Made by a program: the position numbers and the translations under genes | Assembly (NCBI GenBank): GCA_964608845.1 | Contig: CAZSPP010000008.1 | Coordinates: forward strand, 1 to 56,487 | Direction: 5' to 3' | DNA from: an uncultured archaeon | GTDB lineage: Archaea > Aenigmatarchaeota > Aenigmatarchaeia > GW2011-AR5 > JAHLMP01 | DNA: 56,487 nucleotides | Part shown: piece by piece, positions 44,335 through 54,059 of the stretch | Position numbering within the stretch: the first letter of the stretch is position 1 | Layout of the letters: each line of letters starts with the position of its first letter | Notes under the pieces: model-generated | The model's input: only the letters and a program-made list of their open reading frames with translations | Told to the model about the DNA's origin: nothing | Database searches by the model: none

Positions 44335-45720
44335 TTATGATTTTTGTATAGAGTTATGAATATTTTCGTCATATTCTGGAACAAACCTTTTTATCATACT
44401 ACAGAATTTTCTTTCTGGACAAAAACCTAGCTTACATTTAGGTCCGAGAAGCTCATAAGGAATACCAAAGTTTACAAGCTCTGAAATAATTTTGTTCATT
44501 GTTGCAACTATTTCGCTATCAGCTGTTATACAACTTCTAACCCCTATAAATCCAAATGGGTCAAAGATATGATAACCATCCATATAAATCTTATATTTTA
44601 TTTTTAATCCTAGAGGTATTATGTATATAGCTTCTGTTTTAGGTACCCCATTTTCAACCATTTTTTCATACAACTGGATAGCAGAAGAGTAAGCTTCTTC
44701 TAATTTATTTTCAATTTCATTTGGTAAGTATGATGGTATAAAAAAGTTTTCTTTCATGTTTTCATTAATTGCTCTATCAATTGCATTATATATATTTTCT
44801 ACATTTTGTTTCATTGTTCTATGTCTTTTAAGATCTGTGAAGCAGGCCAAAGAAATTTTATCTGTGAAAGAAAATAGAGTTAAATCCTTTATTTTTGTTA
44901 CAAATCTTTTCCATTCCTCTGCTTTCTCTTTTGTTGTTTTTGAGTTATTAATTTTTTCATAATGTTGTTTAACTAATTCTTCAAAATCTTTTTCAGAATA
45001 CAATTTTTTAAGGTTATAGTCTTCATCTAAAAGCTCGCCATTAAAAATATTTGGTTTTGAAAAAGAGTTGTTGTAAATTAATTTTTCAGCAGCGTTTGTT
45101 GTCAAAGGGGCTTTTTCTAAAGCAAAACTTTTTATCCTTTTTCCAATTTCAATTATTTCTTTTGGATATATATCGATTTTTTCGCAATCTTTTATTATTC
45201 CTATAATTGTTTGTAATGGGAAGCTAAAAAATCCAAAAGTTTTTATAGAAAGCGGTAAAAGTTTTCTTGCTGTATCTATTCCATATTTTTCAAAAAGTAT
45301 TTGATATGTATCTAACAATTTTTTACAAGTATCCTGATATTCTTTCTCAAATCCACATTCGATAATAGATTCTGGAATAGTTATAAAATCTTCTGTAAAC
45401 TTAATTCTTCTTGTACTACATATTATATAAGAACCAAAAGGAAAGTTTGAAAAATAAAAATCAGAAATTTTACTACCTTCTAACCAAAAATAAAAGTTTA
45501 TTGAGGTTGTTAAAGATGCATGTCCTCTCTTAGTAGATTCTCTGTGAAAAACCTCTAGAGATTTTTTATCCAAGCTTGACAAAAGATCTGAAAAATTTTC
45601 GATTTTTGCAGTTAAAAAGCCGCTTGCCGCAATAACACTATCTGGGCCAAAGTCAAGATATTTAGGAGAATAATCTAACAGTTTAACATCCAAGCATTCT
45701 AAAATTTTTTTCATAGTCAA
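44335..45720 (-). CDS. thyX: tandem-duplicated ThyX-like protein (FAD-dependent thymidylate synthase fold, twice)
   Basis: The N-half has KRGHASL...FYFWLEG...STRRIKF...ARKLLPL. The C-half has FSFTDKISLACFTDLKRHRT...FFIPS...EAIYIIPLG...RSCITADSEI. Both halves parallel the T. maritima ThyX motif order. Confidence 0.6.
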   Translation of the reverse strand: MTMKKILECLDVKLLDYSPKYLDFGPDSVIAASGFLTAKIENFSDLLSSLDKKSLEVFHRESTKRGHASLTTSINFYFWLEGSKISDFYFSNFPFGSYIICSTRRIKFTEDFITIPESIIECGFEKEYQDTCKKLLDTYQILFEKYGIDTARKLLPLSIKTFGFFSFPLQTIIGIIKDCEKIDIYPKEIIEIGKRIKSFALEKAPLTTNAAEKLIYNNSFSKPNIFNGELLDEDYNLKKLYSEKDFEELVKQHYEKINNSKTTKEKAEEWKRFVTKIKDLTLFSFTDKISLACFTDLKRHRTMKQNVENIYNAIDRAINENMKENFFIPSYLPNEIENKLEEAYSSAIQLYEKMVENGVPKTEAIYIIPLGLKIKYKIYMDGYHIFDPFGFIGVRSCITADSEIVATMNKIISELVNFGIPYELLGPKCKLGFCPERKFCSMIKRFVPEYDENIHNSIQKS

Positions 45721-45889
45721 ATACCTAAAAATTTTATTTATCTTATTAAATTTTACATTTAAAAATTGCCTATTGTTTTTAATAAGCTTTTTGGTTTTTT
45801 ACTAAATATATTTGAAAATAATGAAATTGAAAATATGTTTTTGTAAAACTAATTAAAAAAATTTAAAAGTAAGAGACAAAAAAACTTTT

Positions 45890-46660
45890 ATGAAAATTTT
45901 CGCAAAAAGTAATATTTCTAAATTTAAAAAGCTTGATAAAAAGATTTTGATTTTAAAAACCTTCTTTGCTATATTATTTGCTTCATTGTTCATAGTTTTA
46001 ACAAAAGTTAAAGTTACTCCTATTATAGGAACAGAATCAAAATTTTCAGCTTCTGTAATGTTTGGTCCAATAATTTCCAAATTTATTGGAATAGGTTTTG
46101 GTTCAGGCTCTATTATAGGAGCTCACATATTCGGAATAATTTTCGGAATATATAAGATAAAATCTTTTTTAAGTTTTTTCACATTTGCTCCAATAATATT
46201 TGCAGGAATATATTTTGCAAAAATCTTTAAGAGTGAAAAGAAAATAATTCTTTTTCCTTTAATATCAATAATTGCATTCATTTTACATCCTATTGGAAGA
46301 GAGGTTTGGTTTTACTCTCTTTTCTGGATAATACCTATAACAATTTCTTTAGGAGAAAGAATAATTTCAAATTATATAAAAAACAATATAATAAAAACTT
46401 ATCTTTATTCTATTGGAACAGCCTTTGTTGATCATAGTGTCGGTTCTATATTATTTCTTTATTTCCTTAATATTCCAAAAGAGGCTTGGATAGCAGCAAT
46501 ACCTTTAACTATAGTAGAAAGACTAATAATTGCAGCTGGTATAACATTTAGTTATTTTTCAGTATTAGTTGCGATAAAGGTTTTAAAAGAAATTTCTGTT
46601 GGAGTTGGTATTGGTGAAAAGGTTTTAGAAAAAGAGAAACCTATTGTTGAAAAAGGTTAA
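45890..46660 (+). CDS. polytopic membrane protein, unknown (possible vitamin or folate uptake component)
   Basis: 256 aa with about seven hydrophobic segments. No motif recognised; the suggestion comes from context only. Confidence 0.4.
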   Translation: MKIFAKSNISKFKKLDKKILILKTFFAILFASLFIVLTKVKVTPIIGTESKFSASVMFGPIISKFIGIGFGSGSIIGAHIFGIIFGIYKIKSFLSFFTFAPIIFAGIYFAKIFKSEKKIILFPLISIIAFILHPIGREVWFYSLFWIIPITISLGERIISNYIKNNIIKTYLYSIGTAFVDHSVGSILFLYFLNIPKEAWIAAIPLTIVERLIIAAGITFSYFSVLVAIKVLKEISVGVGIGEKVLEKEKPIVEKG

Positions 46661-46664
46661 AGAA

Positions 46665-47927
46665 ATGAGAGAAGAAATAAAGAAGATTAAAGAAATTGTG
46701 GAAAATGAAAATAGATGGAGAAGGGAAGAATGTATAAATCTAATAGCTTCTGAAAGCGTTTTATCCCCTTTAGCTGAAAAATTTTACATTTCAGATTTTG
46801 AAGGAAGGTATAATGAGCATGATGAAGTAGAACATTATTGTGGAACAAAATATTCTACAGAAATAGAAAATTTTTGCAACAAAATATTTATGGAAAGATT
46901 TTCTACAAAATATGTAGATACAAGACTTATATCTGGAGCTATTGCGAATCTTGCTATATATACAGCTTTCACAAATCCTGGGGATTTAATAGCATCTTTA
47001 GGAATACAGAACGGTGCTCATGTATCAGCGACAAAATGGGGTATAGCTGGAGTGAGAGGTTTAAAGCATATTGATATGGCTTTTGATTATAAAAGAATGA
47101 ATATAGATGTTGATGAAACAGTAAAAATATTAAAAGAGAAAAATCCAAAGCTTGTTGTTTTAGGCGGATCAATGATATTATTTCCTCACCCAATAAAAGA
47201 ATTAAAAGAGAGTTTAGAAGAAGTAATTTTTGTTTATGATGCTGCACATGTCTTTGGTTTGATTTATGCAGGAGAATTTCAAAATCCTTTAAAAGAAGGG
47301 GCAGAAGTTTTAACCTCATCAACCCATAAAACATTTCAAGGTCCTCAAGGCGGAATTATAATATGTAATAACTTTATTTCTGAAGATTTTTGGAAAAAGA
47401 TTCAAAAAGCAATATTTCCAGGATTAATATCAAATCATCATATTCATAGATTACCTTCTCTTGCAATAACAGCAATAGAGATGAATGTATTTGGAAAAGA
47501 ATATGCGAAACAAACAATAAAAAATGCGAAATGTCTGGCTGAGAGTTTATATAATTTTGGGTTTGATGTTTTATGTCCAGACTTAGGATTTACAGAAACC
47601 CATCAAGTTATTATAAATGTGAAAAGATTTGGTGGCGGAGAAAAGGTTGCGAAAAATTTAGAAGAAGCAAACATAATATGCAACAAAATGTCTTTGCCAG
47701 AAGATTCTCCTCACGATGCAACAAAAAATCCATCTGGAATAAGAATCGGTGTGCAGGAAATGACAAGATTTGGTATGAAAGAAGAAGAGATGAGAGAAAT
47801 AGCGAGATTTTTTAAAAAGGTTTTGATTGATAACATATCTACAAAAGAATTAAGAGAAGATGTAATAAATTTTAGAAAAGGTTTTACAAAAATACATTAT
47901 TGCTTCGAATTAGAAGAGTTTTGTTAA
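46665..47927 (+). CDS. glyA: serine hydroxymethyltransferase
   Basis: INLIASESVLSP and the PLP-lysine motif SSTHKTFQGPQGGII. Confidence 0.88.
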   Translation: MREEIKKIKEIVENENRWRREECINLIASESVLSPLAEKFYISDFEGRYNEHDEVEHYCGTKYSTEIENFCNKIFMERFSTKYVDTRLISGAIANLAIYTAFTNPGDLIASLGIQNGAHVSATKWGIAGVRGLKHIDMAFDYKRMNIDVDETVKILKEKNPKLVVLGGSMILFPHPIKELKESLEEVIFVYDAAHVFGLIYAGEFQNPLKEGAEVLTSSTHKTFQGPQGGIIICNNFISEDFWKKIQKAIFPGLISNHHIHRLPSLAITAIEMNVFGKEYAKQTIKNAKCLAESLYNFGFDVLCPDLGFTETHQVIINVKRFGGGEKVAKNLEEANIICNKMSLPEDSPHDATKNPSGIRIGVQEMTRFGMKEEEMREIARFFKKVLIDNISTKELREDVINFRKGFTKIHYCFELEEFC

Positions 47928-47930
47928 ATA

Positions 47931-49397
47931 TTATTCTACTTTTATTTTTATCATTATTTTGTTTGTGGTAGAATTTAATCCAAGATTTTCTATAACAACA
48001 TTGTGAGTTCCTTTGGAAATTCTTTCAAAAGAAACCAAATCAATTTTTGTATAAGGTATTATCATTCTTATAGTTTTTTCCTCTCTTGAAATTTTTATAT
48101 TATCGAAATATGTTGTTTTTGGCGAAGAAAGAACGAGAAATATATTGGCTAAATTTTCTATTTTTATTGTCTTGCTTTCATTTAGTTTTTTAATCCCCAA
48201 AATATAATCTTGCAATATTTCATCATCGCTTAATGCTGTGTTATATATCCTTATTTCATCAATAACCCCATTAAAATACCCGGGCTTCCCTAACAAGAGA
48301 TTTGCTGTTGTATTTGAATAATATGTTGGTATTAACTTTTCCCCTATAAATATCCCATTTTTATAACTTCTCCCTTTTCCTAAACTAGTATTAACACTAA
48401 CTGCTATATAGTTCCAATCATTTTCTGTATATGATATTTGAGGTGAAAACTCTCCACTATATCCATCAGAAGACCCATAATAAAATACTAATGTTTTTGT
48501 TGAATTTGAGAGTTGAATACTCCATCCGTTTGATAAATATCCTCCATATTCTAAAATTCTCGGATTTTCGTTTGTTTGAATGTATGGCTTTATCCAAAAC
48601 GATATTGTAAAACTTCCTAATCCCAAATCAAAGATTGTATTATTACCAAAATCTACATAATCATCATTTCCATCGAATTCCAAAGCATTTGAAAACTTTC
48701 CATCTACTCTTTTCGGTAAGGTATTGCCATCTGAATTTTCATGATCATCATCATATAAAGTTCCATTATTATAATTAAAAGAAAAATCGTATGCTATTTC
48801 ACCAGAATTTTCATCAAAGGTCCAATATCCGATCAAATTGTTAGGATTTTTTGGCAAAATAAATATCTCTCCTATCACATTTTCTTCTCCATAAATTTCT
48901 CCACTTAAGTAAAAGTTTTCAAGCGTTCCAATACTTTTATATGCTAATCCATTAACTCCTTTATATCTTCCACTACTTATGCTCCAATTTCCGCTTAAGA
49001 TATTCCATGTTGAGCTTGCGTTGCTATTTTCTACATAATTATTAAAATATTCTGAGAAATTCAACCCAGTAATAACATCTATATCACCTTTTTTACCTCC
49101 TAATTTCAGTTGCTCAGATGGCTTAAACTCAAAATATAAATATTCTTTATTTTCATCAATATAATAAATTCCATCTGTTATTGAGATCGATATAGTTCTT
49201 TTTGATCCTTTTGACTCAGATGCAACTTCTTTTATTAATGAATTTAACAATTGCAAATTTTGCGTAGCTTCTGAAATTATTGCAGAGTCTTTAGCTTTTT
49301 CTATTGTAGGGGTTAAAGCGTTCATTACAATAATTATTGCTGTAACACTAAAGGCTATAACCATAATCATTGAGACTATTGGACTTAATCCTTTCAT
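47931..49397 (-). CDS. type IV pilin-like (class III signal) protein with a LamG/concanavalin-like domain
   Basis: N-terminus MKG-LSPIVSMIMVIAFSVTAIIIV. LamG signature GYWTFDE...GKFSNALEFDGNDDYVDFG...FTISFWIKP...IDEIRIYN. Confidence 0.7.
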   Translation of the reverse strand: MKGLSPIVSMIMVIAFSVTAIIIVMNALTPTIEKAKDSAIISEATQNLQLLNSLIKEVASESKGSKRTISISITDGIYYIDENKEYLYFEFKPSEQLKLGGKKGDIDVITGLNFSEYFNNYVENSNASSTWNILSGNWSISSGRYKGVNGLAYKSIGTLENFYLSGEIYGEENVIGEIFILPKNPNNLIGYWTFDENSGEIAYDFSFNYNNGTLYDDDHENSDGNTLPKRVDGKFSNALEFDGNDDYVDFGNNTIFDLGLGSFTISFWIKPYIQTNENPRILEYGGYLSNGWSIQLSNSTKTLVFYYGSSDGYSGEFSPQISYTENDWNYIAVSVNTSLGKGRSYKNGIFIGEKLIPTYYSNTTANLLLGKPGYFNGVIDEIRIYNTALSDDEILQDYILGIKKLNESKTIKIENLANIFLVLSSPKTTYFDNIKISREEKTIRMIIPYTKIDLVSFERISKGTHNVVIENLGLNSTTNKIMIKIKVE

Positions 49398-49402
49398 TTT
49401 AA

Positions 49403-50017
49403 TCAACTTATATTCAACTCTTTCATTTCTTTCGATCTTCTTATTCCTAAGTTAGATGTAAAAATTAAATCGAAAAAATATTTATATGAAGGGTTGTATG
49501 TATTAAAGGTTATGTTTTCTTCATTTTCTTCATATTTAACATTTAAATTATAATTGTCGTTTGCATTAACTGAAAAGCTCACATTATAAATTGTATTCTT
49601 TTGAGCTATAAAGCTTTCTATTTGTTCAGGAGAAGAATTTAGAACAAGTGTAACATTTATTTCATTATCAAAGAAATTAATTATAGTAACATTTGCTATA
49701 TAACTTCCAGAATAATTTATGCTGAGATAAAAGGCATTAAAATCAAAACCTTTTGAAGATAGATATTTTTCTAAAAATTGGAAAAAATTGAGAACATTTT
49801 CATTTATTTCGTTATAAAAAGAATATATGGGGACTTTTGCAATTTCTTCTTTCAAATTTTCAAAAATTTTATTTTCCAAAGAATTTTCTATGTATCTTTT
49901 CTGAATATCTGGAGATACAAAATTTATGTTAGAGAGAAGAATTACTAAACTTGTTATTATTATTGCAGCAGCTATCAAAAACATTTGCCCTTTGCAATTC
50001 ATTTCACAGTACCCCAT
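49403..50017 (-). CDS. type IV pilin-like protein
   Basis: N-terminus ...MNCKG-QMFLIAAAIIITSLVILL. An alternative ATG at 50002 forms an ATGA overlap with the upstream stop. Confidence 0.6.
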   Translation of the reverse strand: MGYCEMNCKGQMFLIAAAIIITSLVILLSNINFVSPDIQKRYIENSLENKIFENLKEEIAKVPIYSFYNEINENVLNFFQFLEKYLSSKGFDFNAFYLSINYSGSYIANVTIINFFDNEINVTLVLNSSPEQIESFIAQKNTIYNVSFSVNANDNYNLNVKYEENEENITFNTYNPSYKYFFDLIFTSNLGIRRSKEMKELNIS

Positions 50018-50439
50018 ATATAAATTCTTATCTCTCTTGGTGAATAACTTCCAACATCACCTGAAATTATATAGGAAATGGAAGCAATATTTTTTTCAAG
50101 TTCATCAGATTTAAAATCTTCAGTAATGTTTGTTGTTTCATTAAATAGTACAATCTTGCAATTTATTTTATAACATGAAGATATTGCTTCTTTTATTTTT
50201 TCTGTGTTGTTTTCTAAAACCAATTTTCTAAGATTACCCATCTTATCCAAAGTGCTTATTTCATTAAAAATCTGTAATTTATAATTAGCTATAGAATATT
50301 CTGAAACAGTTAACTTTTTAGATAAAAGAAAAGATATTATGCTTATCAATAAAATAATAGCGATAGCAGCTTCTATAATCTTTGTAAAACCTTTTTTCGT
50401 TTTTTTAGATTTTAATTCATTTGATTTTAAGTCAAACAT
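49999..50439 (-). CDS. type IV pilin-like protein
   Basis: MFDLKSNELKSKKTKKG-FTKIIEAAIAIILLISIISFLL, a G/FT..IE-like prepilin motif. Confidence 0.6.
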   Translation of the reverse strand: MFDLKSNELKSKKTKKGFTKIIEAAIAIILLISIISFLLSKKLTVSEYSIANYKLQIFNEISTLDKMGNLRKLVLENNTEKIKEAISSCYKINCKIVLFNETTNITEDFKSDELEKNIASISYIISGDVGSYSPREIRIYIWGTVK

Positions 50440-50461
50440 AAAACAAAAGATATTCAACACC

Positions 50462-51634
50462 TCATTTATATATTTCTATTCTAAATTTGTAACCTTCCTC
50501 TATTAATCCCTTTACAAATTCATATGAAAAATTTTTCATTTGAAACATTTTAGAGAATGAGATTATTTTTATTTCTTCTTTTGGATATATTTTTATGTTT
50601 TGGAATGAAATATTTCTAGAGAATATATAATCTTCATCTTTAACTTCTTTCCAAAATCTAATTTCATCCATGGAACCATTAAAATATTCGTTCTCAAAAA
50701 AACCTATTTTGCATGAATTAGCGTTTATTCCATCGTTTGTAGAAATAACAACATAATTCCACTCATTTAGATTAATAGTTGTGTTGATAATACCGTTTAC
50801 ATAAATTGTAGGTGAAGAAATATTTGAGGCAACTATATTACTATCTTGTAATAATATTCCTGCAGAAGAATTTAGTTGAAGAATCTTCTGATTGGTATTA
50901 TTAGTTTTGATCCAGAATTCAATTGTTTTTATGTTTTCTCCAACATCTCCACAATCAACATAATCATTAACTCCATCGAAATATAACGCATTAGAAAATT
51001 TTCCTACTATCCAGGTAGGGCAATCTTCATTATAACAATTTACTGTTCCATTTTTTAATATTCCTGTTTTTTCATTTCCAGAATAATCTATAGCAATGCT
51101 TTCTGACTCATCAAATTTGTAATAAAGAGATAGGTTAGATAAATAATTTTTTGGTATAACATCTCTATCATTTGAAAAGTATATATATAATTTTTTGTTA
51201 TAATTTGGTGAAAGATTTACAAACATTGTTATTAAGCTAAAATTCAAATATTGCTCAGAACATAAATTACTATAAGAAATTTTATTTGCAATCTCTGTAA
51301 AATTTTCGTCATAGACTCTTATAGTGGAGTTCCAGGCTTCTTTGTTACAAAGACTATCAAAAGTTATATTAATTGAAATGGGCTCGTTTTTTAAATCATA
51401 TCCAGTAATTTCAATTATAATTGGAATTCTCTTTATAGGTTTTAACAACATAATATTATCCTCAGAATCTTCTTCGTTATAACTTGAAAATATTTTGTTA
51501 AATATGGTTATTGCCTTATCTCTAAACTCTGTAGCACTTACCTGTAGAGAAGAGAAATAGTAAGTTATGTAAAGTAAAGCAAACCCTATCATAAAAATAA
51601 ATATCGCAATACCTATAACAAAGTCTATCTCCAT
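50462..51634 (-). CDS. N-terminally anchored LamG-domain protein
   Basis: Hydrophobic N-terminus MEIDFVIGIAIFIFMIGFALLY. LamG signature YYKFDE...GKFSNALYFDGVNDYVDCG...IEFWIKT...MDEIRFW. Confidence 0.65.
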   Translation of the reverse strand: MEIDFVIGIAIFIFMIGFALLYITYYFSSLQVSATEFRDKAITIFNKIFSSYNEEDSEDNIMLLKPIKRIPIIIEITGYDLKNEPISINITFDSLCNKEAWNSTIRVYDENFTEIANKISYSNLCSEQYLNFSLITMFVNLSPNYNKKLYIYFSNDRDVIPKNYLSNLSLYYKFDESESIAIDYSGNEKTGILKNGTVNCYNEDCPTWIVGKFSNALYFDGVNDYVDCGDVGENIKTIEFWIKTNNTNQKILQLNSSAGILLQDSNIVASNISSPTIYVNGIINTTINLNEWNYVVISTNDGINANSCKIGFFENEYFNGSMDEIRFWKEVKDEDYIFSRNISFQNIKIYPKEEIKIISFSKMFQMKNFSYEFVKGLIEEGYKFRIEIYK

Positions 51635-51669
51635 AATTAAGAATTTGTTTTATTTTTATTTATTTTTTA

Positions 51670-54015
51670 TTAAGCTTTTTTGACATAAAAAATTGTAATG
51701 TTTCTCTTTCTTCTTCTAAAAGTGATAATTATTGCAAAAGCGAGAATTAATATAATGAGTCCAATAAGTATTATAATTGAATTTCCAGACACAAATTCTG
51801 ATACAAAAGAGTAAATTTCTTTTATAATGTTTTTCTTTTCTTTTTTTTCTGTTTGGATTGTTGTTTGCAAGCTCGTTTGTTTTAAAGTTGTAGTTTCTGT
51901 TTTTTCTTCTTTACATATTCCGCAATCTTTTTCGCATGTTTCACAATTTTCATTTTCTTCACAAATTCCATTTCCACAAACATTTTTTATAATACATTTC
52001 GGAATACCTGAATTACAATCTATAATTTCATTTTCTTTGCATGTTGGTGGAGAACAATCTTCTTTACATACACAATAATTCTCTTCATTTTCACATATTT
52101 TATTTCCACAAATTAATTTTCCTATATAAAAGTAGCCAACATCTTTAATTGTTTTTGTGTTGTTATTGATATCACTAGAAGTTATATCTATCCAATAAGA
52201 GCCATTAGAAGCAATATATATTTCTCCATGCCAATTTGATCCTTTCCTTAAATCTAAGGTATAATTTTTTTCACCTTTTATTAAAAGTTGAGCAAAAATT
52301 ACATCACTTCCTTCATCTTTTAAAACAGCAGTAAAATTAAAAACTCTTGAAAAAGAGGAATATGTGGGATAGACATAAAGTGAAATTAGTTCTGGAGGAT
52401 TATTATCTACTCTTATCTTAACACTTCTATTGACAACATTTCCTGCTAAATCTTCTCCGACAAAAAATATTTCATTTTCCCCATCATGTAATATTGTGGT
52501 ATCAAAAGTTCCTGTACAAGAGAACCTTCTTCCTTGAAGAATAGAAATGCAATCCATTTCAATATTTTTATCCAAAACCTTTAGGAAAAAGCTATTTTCT
52601 TTTAAGCCCCACTCATCCATATAATATACTACAGCAGAGTGATCTCCTTTCAAATAAATTTGGGAATAATCTGCTGTTGTTAAAATTGTTGGAGGAGTAT
52701 TATCTATTATAATAGATTTTTCATCGCTAACAGAATAATTTAAAGAATTTTTAACAATAACCTTAATTATATATGCTCCATCGTTTATGTTTGTTGTATT
52801 TAATAAGTAACTACAATAAGAAAAATCATTGTAGCAATTCATTTTATAATCCTTTTCCATAAACTTCAGAATAACATCTTCTATTATATCCTTTCTTCCA
52901 CTCAACGTAGCATTTATTGTTACAATACCTTTAACATAGTTCGGAGAAATAATTTGTACAAAAGGCCTTTGATTATTTATTTTGATATTTAAGGGGGTTT
53001 TTATGGTATTGTTTGCCTTATCAAAAACTGAAAAATAAATTTCATAATTGCCGTCTGAAAATATTGTAGTGTTTAAGATAAATGAACATAGATATGTATC
53101 TTCAGAAATATTTTTACATTCCATTCTATATTTGTTATTATTTATTTCCATTTCAGAATAATCTAAACCAGAATATCTATCTTTTATTCTTAATGTTATG
53201 TTAACCGATCCTCTTATTTCTTCACCTTCACTTAATGAAATATTATTAATTTCAGGAATTTCATTATCAATAAAAGCAACTCCTAAAAATGTTGTGTTTT
53301 TATTTCCTAAAACATCGCTCGCATTTACATAAATTAATATAGATTCATTATTTTGGAATTCGTCAGTTCTTATTTTCATTTTCCATGTAGCATTTAGAGT
53401 TATGTTTGCGAGAAATGTTTCATTATCTTTTATATAATATGCTAATACAGAAGAATTGTCTAATCCGGAAAGCAAATCAATTATAGAAAGGTCTATGATT
53501 TTATTAGAAGAAATAAAAGAGCCATTAATAAAATTTAAAGCGTTAACAATAGGGGGTTGTCTATCTATTATTACAGCTAAAGGATTTGTTTCATTTCCTA
53601 GAAATGTTGTTTCATTTCTATCAGAAACCTCAAAATAATAATATTCTTTTGTACCAGATTCTGCTGCAACTATTTCAATCTCTTTGAAACAATTTGCTGT
53701 TGTAGAATTTATTAAAAAACATGACATATTATAAATACTTCTATTTCCTGGCCAAACATCCTGAGCACCAAAATGTAAAAGAGCTGAAAGATTTTCAAAA
53801 GAAGAAGAAAAATTCGAAACTATAAGTGAAACATTAACAGAAAAATTGTATGATCTACCTCCTGATATATAGGTTCCATTTGTTGGTAAATAAGAAACAA
53901 TTTGCAAACATTTTCCTTCTGAAATAAAGATCAAAATTAGGGTCAATACAAATATAATTTTCCAAAAATACCCTCTACTATTTTTGAGATTTTTAATTAT
54001 AGAAGCATTAACCAT
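51670..54015 (-). CDS. large surface protein: Ig-like repeats, two Cys-rich modules, Thr-rich stalk, C-terminal TM anchor
   Basis: N-terminal signal or anchor. Repeated units end in (I/V)D(N/R)xPP, and several contain M(E/D/N)C...C..(F/L)(N/D)TT...DG. CGNKICENEENYC and CGNGICEENENCETCEKDCG follow, then the TM IIILIGLIILILAFAIIITF and RRRKR. Confidence 0.65.
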   Translation of the reverse strand: MVNASIIKNLKNSRGYFWKIIFVLTLILIFISEGKCLQIVSYLPTNGTYISGGRSYNFSVNVSLIVSNFSSSFENLSALLHFGAQDVWPGNRSIYNMSCFLINSTTANCFKEIEIVAAESGTKEYYYFEVSDRNETTFLGNETNPLAVIIDRQPPIVNALNFINGSFISSNKIIDLSIIDLLSGLDNSSVLAYYIKDNETFLANITLNATWKMKIRTDEFQNNESILIYVNASDVLGNKNTTFLGVAFIDNEIPEINNISLSEGEEIRGSVNITLRIKDRYSGLDYSEMEINNNKYRMECKNISEDTYLCSFILNTTIFSDGNYEIYFSVFDKANNTIKTPLNIKINNQRPFVQIISPNYVKGIVTINATLSGRKDIIEDVILKFMEKDYKMNCYNDFSYCSYLLNTTNINDGAYIIKVIVKNSLNYSVSDEKSIIIDNTPPTILTTADYSQIYLKGDHSAVVYYMDEWGLKENSFFLKVLDKNIEMDCISILQGRRFSCTGTFDTTILHDGENEIFFVGEDLAGNVVNRSVKIRVDNNPPELISLYVYPTYSSFSRVFNFTAVLKDEGSDVIFAQLLIKGEKNYTLDLRKGSNWHGEIYIASNGSYWIDITSSDINNNTKTIKDVGYFYIGKLICGNKICENEENYCVCKEDCSPPTCKENEIIDCNSGIPKCIIKNVCGNGICEENENCETCEKDCGICKEEKTETTTLKQTSLQTTIQTEKKEKKNIIKEIYSFVSEFVSGNSIIILIGLIILILAFAIIITFRRRKRNITIFYVKKA

Positions 54016-54059
54016 ATAAAAACATATTAAACAAAGAACAATAAAAATGTTACTATAAT

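Noticed and set aside
48600-51010. The two LamG-coding segments as a template/variable repeat pair of a diversity-generating retroelement.
   Set aside because: The nucleotide sequences are substantially diverged at all base types, not only at adenines. No reverse transcriptase gene lies in the window.
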